Part shown: positions 1 to 4,604 of the stretch, piece after piece
How positions within the stretch are numbered: the first letter of the stretch is position 1
Layout: each line of letters starts with the position of its first letter
Source of the DNA: a virus
Taxonomy: Duplodnaviria; Heunggongvirae; Uroviricota; Caudoviricetes
Length of the DNA: 8,598 nucleotides
IMG/VR virus record: IMGVR_UViG_2802429224_000018
Direction: 5' to 3' (one strand)
Notes under the pieces: generated by a model
What the model was told of the DNA's origin: nothing
Databases searched by the model: none
Seen by the model: only the letters and a program-made list of their open reading frames with translations
Program-made: the position numbers and the translations under genes

Positions 1-1980
1 TTATGAATTAATTGATCGTGAAATCTCACACCAATAAACTCCATCAAATTGAAGTTCTATTCTATCAAGACCACTATTAGGGACCCAATCACCATTGAGA
101 CGCAAATTACCAGACATGTCTTTCAGGGTAACGATATCTGATGAAGTTGCAATCCCAAGAAGCAACCTTTGCCATTGCGTACCACCATTAATCGTGGTTA
201 AATCAACCCTTCCTCCAGATAAACGGTGGAATGAGCGGGTTACAGTTATTGCCCCGGAAATGACTGGTAAAGTAGTCGCTTCATTTACTTGTTTTTTTAT
301 TAGATTGACTTCTGGCTTAAGATTGCCATCTTTATCAAGAACCATTACGTCAGAAGTTCCATATCTAAACTTCAATTTATTTTCATCACTATCATCACGA
401 TATATTTTTAAACCACTAACAGTAGAATTAGCAGAATCGCCAAACTGAATAGAGCTATCTGTAGTTCCATCTGTCTGTGTTTCTGCCCTGGCACGCAATC
501 CTTTACCCTTATGCCAGACATCAAATCCACGCCAAGATGGGCCACCAACCAATATCACACTCCCCCCAGCGGAGTTCCCAATACATGAGGCATCCTTATA
601 AACTGGATCGTCTGTAAATCTGCACCCAATAAAATAAACATCGCCAGTGGTGTCATCACCAACGAACCTTGAGGTATTGGCTGTAGGGTCAGATGTGTAA
701 TCAGGAAGCTCCATCACCACACTTTGAAAAACAACATTATTGGCGCTATATAATTTTATAGCATCATTACCATACTGCTGAATTCGACCGCCTGTAATAT
801 AATGTCCATTAATAGAGAACCCACCGCCATCAATAACTAATGCCGTACTATTAAATTGTCCTGTTTGCCGAGAGTGATGGTCGTTTGCATACAAATCCCA
901 ATTATCCCATCTGGTTTCACTTAGACCGTGGCTGCCTGTTCCAAGAACTATAAATCCAACATTGCCAGACGAAGATCCGTTTATGAACTTTGTACCATCA
1001 GGGTCTGATCCATAATGAATAACCCCTGCAACTGGGAAATACCCCCACACCGTTATATTTTCGTACCTCCCCCTCGTAACATCGTTGCAGAACAGCCCAA
1101 CATCATAATTAGAACGATTATCAGATGAAATGCCTGTTAATTCCCCACTTTCATTTAAGACATCCATATCCATAACGATAGCAATATTTGTCATTGAGCG
1201 TGGTGAGCTGTCACCTGCTCCGTCTTTTACACAATAAGTAAAGCTATCGTATGGTGAACTTCTTACAGTGCTTCCTTTCGCAATACCAGTACCTGAGAAT
1301 ATTAATGTTGTCCCTGGAATTTTATTTTTGTATCCCGGCCTCAGAAATCTCTTATCGTCCTGCCAGTTTGGGAAAGCACCCATTTTAGGAGAGAATACCC
1401 CCCTCCATTCCGCTGCTTTTTTCTCAATCCCATTTGAGCATCTAAATTGACCGTGAGGAAAATATAGTGCTTTCCCATTTTGCGCACACCATTCATCAGC
1501 AGCAATTATTGCTTCCGTGTCATCAGTTATATAATCTCCTCTTGCCCCCCAAGCACGAACATCCCCCTCATCACGCCATCTTGATATCTGAAGAAGTGGA
1601 TATTTCATAACACCATCAGGATCTTCTAACTGCTGGCGAAGCTGATCCGGGTCGTACTTCAACACATTAGGGAAATAGAACTGCTGCGCCCCATATGCAT
1701 CGTACACAGCCATAGAATGTCCTTGCACAGTTACGAACTTGGCAATCTGTCCGTTATATACCGGATATCCAGCAGCGTTAATGATGATGGGTTGCGAAAC
1801 AGGAACGTGAGAACCGTCTTCGTTCTCCACATAAACCTGAATCTGGTTTTCAGGGTTTACCGGGTCAGTGTCAATTTTACCGATATAAATTTTGCCATTG
1901 GCTACGGCTTTAAAAGAACGTGCCATAGTGAAGAGTTGCGAAGGCATCGATACAATCACATTGGCTGTAATGTCTGTCAT
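1..1980 (-). CDS. Tailspike protein: P22-family capsid-binding N-terminal domain fused to a beta-helix, pectate-lyase-like receptor-binding/depolymerase domain
   Basis: 659-aa ORF, ATG at 1980-1978 with GGAG 8 nt upstream, TAA at 3-1. The first ~113 aa ([43 protein letters not shown]...VLKYDPDQ) match from memory the conserved head-binding domain of P22/Sf6/HK620-type tailspikes. Just downstream is [18 protein letters not shown]...[11 protein letters not shown], the G-x-G-D-x-x-TDDT...YFP-x-G signature typical of pectate-lyase-3-type phage depolymerases. Position as the last late gene after ant matches P22 gene 9. Confidence 0.9.
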   Translation of the reverse strand: MTDITANVIVSMPSQLFTMARSFKAVANGKIYIGKIDTDPVNPENQIQVYVENEDGSHVPVSQPIIINAAGYPVYNGQIAKFVTVQGHSMAVYDAYGAQQFYFPNVLKYDPDQLRQQLEDPDGVMKYPLLQISRWRDEGDVRAWGARGDYITDDTEAIIAADEWCAQNGKALYFPHGQFRCSNGIEKKAAEWRGVFSPKMGAFPNWQDDKRFLRPGYKNKIPGTTLIFSGTGIAKGSTVRSSPYDSFTYCVKDGAGDSSPRSMTNIAIVMDMDVLNESGELTGISSDNRSNYDVGLFCNDVTRGRYENITVWGYFPVAGVIHYGSDPDGTKFINGSSSGNVGFIVLGTGSHGLSETRWDNWDLYANDHHSRQTGQFNSTALVIDGGGFSINGHYITGGRIQQYGNDAIKLYSANNVVFQSVVMELPDYTSDPTANTSRFVGDDTTGDVYFIGCRFTDDPVYKDASCIGNSAGGSVILVGGPSWRGFDVWHKGKGLRARAETQTDGTTDSSIQFGDSANSTVSGLKIYRDDSDENKLKFRYGTSDVMVLDKDGNLKPEVNLIKKQVNEATTLPVISGAITVTRSFHRLSGGRVDLTTINGGTQWQRLLLGIATSSDIVTLKDMSGNLRLNGDWVPNSGLDRIELQFDGVYWCEISRSINS

Positions 1981-2046
1981 TTAATTTGCTCCAGATACAA
2001 GGAATCGCCGCAGCATGGCTACGGTTGGGATTTGTTTGGTTTTTGA

Positions 2047-2065
2047 ACTACGAAAATTTCGTAGT
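2047..2065. repeat. Perfect inverted repeat (9-bp arms, 1-bp centre) in the ant-tailspike intergenic region
   Basis: ACTACGAAA-a-TTTCGTAGT read directly; it lies 67 bp upstream of the tailspike ATG, between the ant terminator and the tailspike gene. Function unknown. Confidence 0.4.
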
Positions 2066-2116
2066 GCTATCCATCAAGGCCATCGCCGCTTAGTTGCTGC
2101 GGTGAATTTTGGGCAT

Positions 2117-2140
2117 AAAAAAACCCAGCCGAAGCTGGGT
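2117..2140 (-). terminator. Rho-independent terminator downstream of ant
   Basis: On the minus strand: GC-rich stem CCCAGC / GCTGGG around a UUCG tetraloop, immediately followed by seven T residues (plus-strand A-run 2117-2123), ~20 nt after the ant stop codon. Confidence 0.8.
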
Positions 2141-2158
2141 CGTTGCGTTGGTTATCTG

Positions 2159-3088
2159 TCAGTAGTTATGTATTGAAGGAGGTAATTCTTTATTCTTAAG
2201 TCTCATCCATGCGGAAAGATTCGTTGGTCCGTCTGGCTCATTGATATCAACATCTCGTGTGTGATTGATTAAAACGTCTCTCGCCATTCCGATAACATAC
2301 GAGAACTCATGACCATAGTCGTAGCATCTGCCGGAATAGTTCGATTGAATTTGTTTTAGCGCCGGATACAATTCGCGGAATAATGCCTGTGAGCGGTTGG
2401 CATAATCCCATAACCATACAAGACTGTTTGCTTCTTTTGCAGAAAGCTCGTTGGTTTTCTTATCTTGTTTGCCGATGAACTCTCCTTCAAGCGGAACGCG
2501 AGCAGCAAGTGACAGTGCTTCGGTAAACTGCTCCTCACTGATTTCTTTGTACGAACATCCAAAATGGGATTTCAGTGACGACCACATGGTGATCATCGCC
2601 TTAGCCTGTTTTTCTTTTGGCAGAGACTGACCGCGACTCATGACGAGTTGTTTAATGGCTTCCTGCTGTTCAGTGGTGATTTTACCCGGCAACGCCTTTT
2701 TAGCTTTGCGTGGGTTAACTACATGGCCTTTAGTCCAGTACTCGTATAGCACATCGTCACACTCTTCCTGATACTGGATTACCTTGTCGCGGATTTCAGG
2801 GCGGACTTTGTTAGGACTGATGGTTTGCAGCCAGCCAGCAAGTTTGCGAAGTGCCAAACAAATAATCTCACGGCACTGTTCATCACCAGGAAGCTGCATT
2901 GTGATTTTCACAATGGAGGTTTTAAACCGTTGCTTTATTTTCGTAAACTGTGAAGCCCAATCCATACCCATTCCCTCAACGATAGGTTTCATTGGGGTGT
3001 ACGGATCACCGTTGTGATTGACGACATAAAGCTCTGCGCCGTGGAATGGCACGTTGATAGTAGATACCGCTGTTGCTATACTTTTCAT
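2159..3088 (-). CDS. ant: Antirepressor Ant (P22 immI-type)
   Basis: 309-aa ORF, ATG at 3088-3086 with AGGAA 9 nt upstream, TGA at 2161-2159. It lies immediately downstream of an Arc-like gene and divergent from an Mnt-like gene, which is the canonical immI arrangement. The N-terminus ([23 protein letters not shown]...) is recalled as P22 Ant-like; P22 Ant is ~300 aa. Confidence 0.8.
   Translation of the reverse strand: MKSIATAVSTINVPFHGAELYVVNHNGDPYTPMKPIVEGMGMDWASQFTKIKQRFKTSIVKITMQLPGDEQCREIICLALRKLAGWLQTISPNKVRPEIRDKVIQYQEECDDVLYEYWTKGHVVNPRKAKKALPGKITTEQQEAIKQLVMSRGQSLPKEKQAKAMITMWSSLKSHFGCSYKEISEEQFTEALSLAARVPLEGEFIGKQDKKTNELSAKEANSLVWLWDYANRSQALFRELYPALKQIQSNYSGRCYDYGHEFSYVIGMARDVLINHTRDVDINEPDGPTNLSAWMRLKNKELPPSIHNY
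3054..3082 (+). promoter_or_regulatory. Psar-like sigma70 promoter inside the first codons of ant, firing antisense
   Basis: TTGATA (3054-3059), a 17-bp spacer, then TATACT (3077-3082) on the plus strand. The predicted start near 3089 is directly opposite the ant start codon. Confidence 0.5.
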
Positions 3089-3160
3089 GTCAATATTTCC
3101 TAAGCCGATTTGTTGATACCGAAGCCCTGACTGTTACAGCAGTTGGGGCTTCACTGTTTT
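3089..3160 (+). ncRNA. sar: sar-like small antisense RNA complementary to the ant ribosome-binding site
   Basis: The Psar-like promoter upstream and an intrinsic terminator (hairpin 3121-3152 plus T-tract to 3160) bracket a ~70-nt transcript. It is fully complementary to the ant Shine-Dalgarno and leader (3089-3105). P22 sar is 68-69 nt with the same placement and orientation. Confidence 0.55.
3121..3160 (+). terminator. Intrinsic terminator of the sar-like RNA
   Basis: GAAGCCC (3121-3127) pairs with GGGCTTC (3146-3152); the stem can extend to ~13 bp with two G-U pairs around a 6-nt loop. It is followed by ACTGTTTTGATTTCTTT on the plus strand only; the minus-strand side is not U-rich. Confidence 0.55.
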
Positions 3161-3320
3161 GATTTCTTTGCCGCATCAAGCATCACTTCTGAAAACGTGC
3201 GCTTGCCACTGAATACTCTTTCTCTTCTCAATTTTTCGTTCGTGCCAAATGATTCGCCATGAACAAAATTTGGTCTCAAAATGGTAAGCGCAATCTCTTT
3301 GACTACTGCATCCAAGCAAA

Positions 3321-3461
3321 TCACACTGTTACCCCCTCCCTCTTCAGGCTGTCCAGCACCCGTTTAATTACTTCTGCGCTGAATGAGCGACACTCTTCCT
3401 TTGCTTTTTCTTCAAGAATTTTTTCTAGCTTCTCTGGCATACGCAGTGTTTTTACCTTCAT
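3321..3461 (-). CDS. arc: Arc-like ribbon-helix-helix repressor (46 aa); not present in the supplied ORF track
   Basis: Manual translation of the minus strand: ATG at 3461-3459 with GGAGGA 4-5 nt upstream, TGA at 3323-3321. Product is MKVKTLRMPEKLEKILEEKAKEECRSFSAEVIKRVLDSLKREGVTV, which aligns with P22 Arc as recalled (NLRWPREVLDLVRKVAEENGRSVNSEIYQRVMESFKKEG): L-R-x-P, A-x-E-x-x-R-S, E-x-x-x-R-V and K-x-E-G are conserved. It is upstream of ant and divergent from mnt. Confidence 0.8.
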   Translation of the reverse strand: MKVKTLRMPEKLEKILEEKAKEECRSFSAEVIKRVLDSLKREGVTV

Positions 3462-3480
3462 TGCATCCTCCGTTGTATGT

Positions 3481-3540
3481 GGTACGCATACATAGTATTT
3501 AGGTACGCATTGATAGTCAATAGATACCTACATATCCTGT
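3481..3540. promoter_or_regulatory. Divergent Pant/Pmnt promoter-operator region
   Basis: Minus strand (Pant): -35 TTGACT (plus 3520-3515), 17-bp spacer, -10 TACTAT (plus 3497-3492). Plus strand (Pmnt): -35 TTGATA (3510-3515), 17-bp spacer, -10 TATCCT (3533-3538). The two -35 boxes overlap within the palindromic core TTGATAGTCAA. Around it sits a 31-bp imperfect palindrome centred at 3515 (TAGGTA...TACCTA outer arms, 11 of 15 arm positions symmetric) and a 15-bp direct repeat GGTACGCATnnATAG at 3481-3495 and 3502-3516. Confidence 0.55.
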
Positions 3541-3566
3541 GGTAAAAAATTATTCAGGATGTGCCG

Positions 3567-3818
3567 ATGTCTGATCGTAAGTACAAAAACCCTCAAGTGA
3601 ATCTGAGGCTTCCTGTAGAGATAAAGGAACGTCTTATTGAACTGGCTGAGGCTAATTCTCGTTCATTAAATGCCGAGATGGTCGCGGCACTTGAAGCATG
3701 GACCGAAAAAAATAAACACATTCAAGCACTAGACCTTGCAACTATAGCATCACGATTGATAGATCTTGAACGCGATGTTGAGACGCTAAAGACCATGTAT
3801 GGTAAGGATGAAAAATGA
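3567..3818 (+). CDS. mnt: Mnt-like ribbon-helix-helix repressor (maintenance of lysogeny; represses Pant)
   Basis: ATG at 3567 with AGGA 7 nt upstream; the track's GTG at 3561 is too close to the SD. 83 aa, TGA at 3816-3818. NPQVNLRLPVEIKERLIELAEANSRSLNAEMVAALEAW aligns with P22 Mnt as recalled (PHFNFRMPMEVREKLKFRAEANGRSMNSELLQIVQDAL). Same length as P22 Mnt and divergent from arc. Confidence 0.85.
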   Translation: MSDRKYKNPQVNLRLPVEIKERLIELAEANSRSLNAEMVAALEAWTEKNKHIQALDLATIASRLIDLERDVETLKTMYGKDEK

Positions 3819-4024
3819 ACAAAAAACAGTTTATTAAGTCAACAACGTCAAGCAAGGAAGAGCTAGAGAAGGAGCTAAACTCCCTGAAATATGCTCTGTG
3901 CCTGGTTTACTCAAGACTGCCAATGGAAGATAAAAACGCCATTTACAATGAAATGATTAGCAGCCTTGATTTTAACGATAGAGACCTAGCATCCCACCTC
4001 AACAGCTTCCGCGTCCCTGAGTAA
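3815..4024 (+). CDS. Hypothetical 69-aa protein, translationally coupled to mnt
   Basis: Its ATG (3815-3817) overlaps the mnt TGA (3816-3818) in an ATGA junction; AAGGA 6 nt upstream; TAA at 4022-4024. Predicted soluble and helical; I recognise no family. Confidence 0.6.
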   Translation: MNKKQFIKSTTSSKEELEKELNSLKYALCLVYSRLPMEDKNAIYNEMISSLDFNDRDLASHLNSFRVPE

Positions 4025-4184
4025 TTCTGTTGCGGATTTGCTTCTTGCGGTGGTTTAAGCTGGAGAGCTTGGCTTCTGCTTCTGATATTTGTGCATCAAG
4101 ATCTTTAAGCTCAAGATCTGAAAGTCGCTGGTCAAGCAAGGTTTGGTTCAACTCAATGTTGTTCAGGCGTTCTTCTATGGTCAT
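3999..4184 (-). CDS. Hypothetical 61-aa charged coiled-coil protein
   Basis: ATG at 4184-4182 with AAGGTG ~5 nt upstream. Heptad-like, Leu/Glu/Asp/Lys-rich sequence (LNNIELNQTLLDQRLSDLELKDLDAQISEAEAKL). Its 3' end overlaps the 3' end of the 3815-4024 ORF by 26 nt. Could be a chance ORF. Confidence 0.35.
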   Translation of the reverse strand: MTIEERLNNIELNQTLLDQRLSDLELKDLDAQISEAEAKLSSLNHRKKQIRNRITQGRGSC

Positions 4185-4209
4185 ATTGTCACCTTAGTGG
4201 GAGGTTGGT

Positions 4210-4509
4210 GTGAAGCGATGGGTTATAGGTGCATTCTGTTTTCTAATTAGTGGTCTTGCACAATCGCAAGATAAGGATCTGAAATTTGCTAACGACATGT
4301 TAGTTACAGCTAAAGTTGCTGGCATGTGTGGAACATTTAAACAAATGTTTGCTTTTCAAGAAGCAACCCAGATGCCAGGCGGAGATGAATTTATTGAACG
4401 TTTTTTGAATACGGAAATTTCTCGCCTAGGGATGTCACTTCAAGAGTTCATGAAGTTGTGCACAGATTCTATAGAGTCATACAATAAATTAAAAAGGATG
4501 TCAGAATAG
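4210..4509 (+). CDS. Hypothetical secreted (signal-peptide) protein, 99 aa
   Basis: GTG start at 4210 with GGGAGG 5 nt upstream. N-terminus MKR-WVIGAFCFLISGLAQS-QDK has the n/h/c organisation of a Sec signal peptide; the mature part (~80 aa) is helical with two Cys. TAG at 4507-4509. No recognisable family. Confidence 0.6.
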   Translation: MKRWVIGAFCFLISGLAQSQDKDLKFANDMLVTAKVAGMCGTFKQMFAFQEATQMPGGDEFIERFLNTEISRLGMSLQEFMKLCTDSIESYNKLKRMSE

Positions 4510-4523
4510 CCATCCATGGCTAT
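4506..4523. repeat. Perfect inverted repeat ATAGCCAT-cc-ATGGCTAT (8-bp arms)
   Basis: Read directly from the sequence. It overlaps the stop codon of the 4210-4509 ORF and sits just upstream of the SD of the mini-ORF, between the convergent accessory cassette and the gp16-like gene. Confidence 0.35.
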
Positions 4524-4535
4524 CTGGAGGTTAAT

Positions 4536-4604
4536 ATGGTAACAATCGGTTGGATTATTGTTGCCCTGCTTGTTGCTCTGTGGGCAAAGAATCGTTACTA
4601 CTGA
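4536..4604 (+). CDS. Candidate 22-aa hydrophobic mini-protein ([22 protein letters not shown]); not in the ORF track
   Basis: ATG at 4536 preceded by GGAGG with a 6-nt spacer; a single predicted transmembrane helix with a basic/aromatic C-terminus; TGA at 4602-4604. Caveat: its last 50 nt are antisense to the 3' end of the gp16-like gene, and antisense of Gln/Glu-rich coding sequence tends to look hydrophobic. Confidence 0.25.
   Translation: MVTIGWIIVALLVALWAKNRYY

Noticed and set aside
95-2046. Plus-strand ORFs 95-448, 1268-1450 and 1717-2046 from the track
   Set aside because: All lie antisense within the tailspike gene, which has a far stronger coding call; they have no convincing ribosome-binding site and low-complexity products.
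2356-3017. ORFs 2356-2562 (minus, different frame) and 2784-3017 (plus) from the track
   Set aside because: Nested inside or antisense to ant; products are compositionally odd (Arg/Ser/Cys-rich). Regarded as chance ORFs.
3259-3495. Plus-strand 78-aa ORF from the track
   Set aside because: Antisense to the well-supported Arc-like gene and runs through the operator region; Ser/Phe-rich product typical of antisense translation.
3561-3566. GTG at 3561 as the mnt start, as given by the ORF track
   Set aside because: Only 1-2 nt from the AGGA Shine-Dalgarno sequence. The ATG at 3567 has 7-nt spacing and yields an 83-aa product, the same length as P22 Mnt.
4506-4523. Palindrome read as a canonical intrinsic terminator for the late operon
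   Set aside because: No U-tract immediately follows the stem on either strand; it is kept only as a palindrome of unknown function.
3815-4604. A SieA homologue at the sieA-equivalent position
   Set aside because: No ORF here is long enough or has the multiple transmembrane segments expected of SieA-like proteins; the cassette is treated as unrelated cargo.
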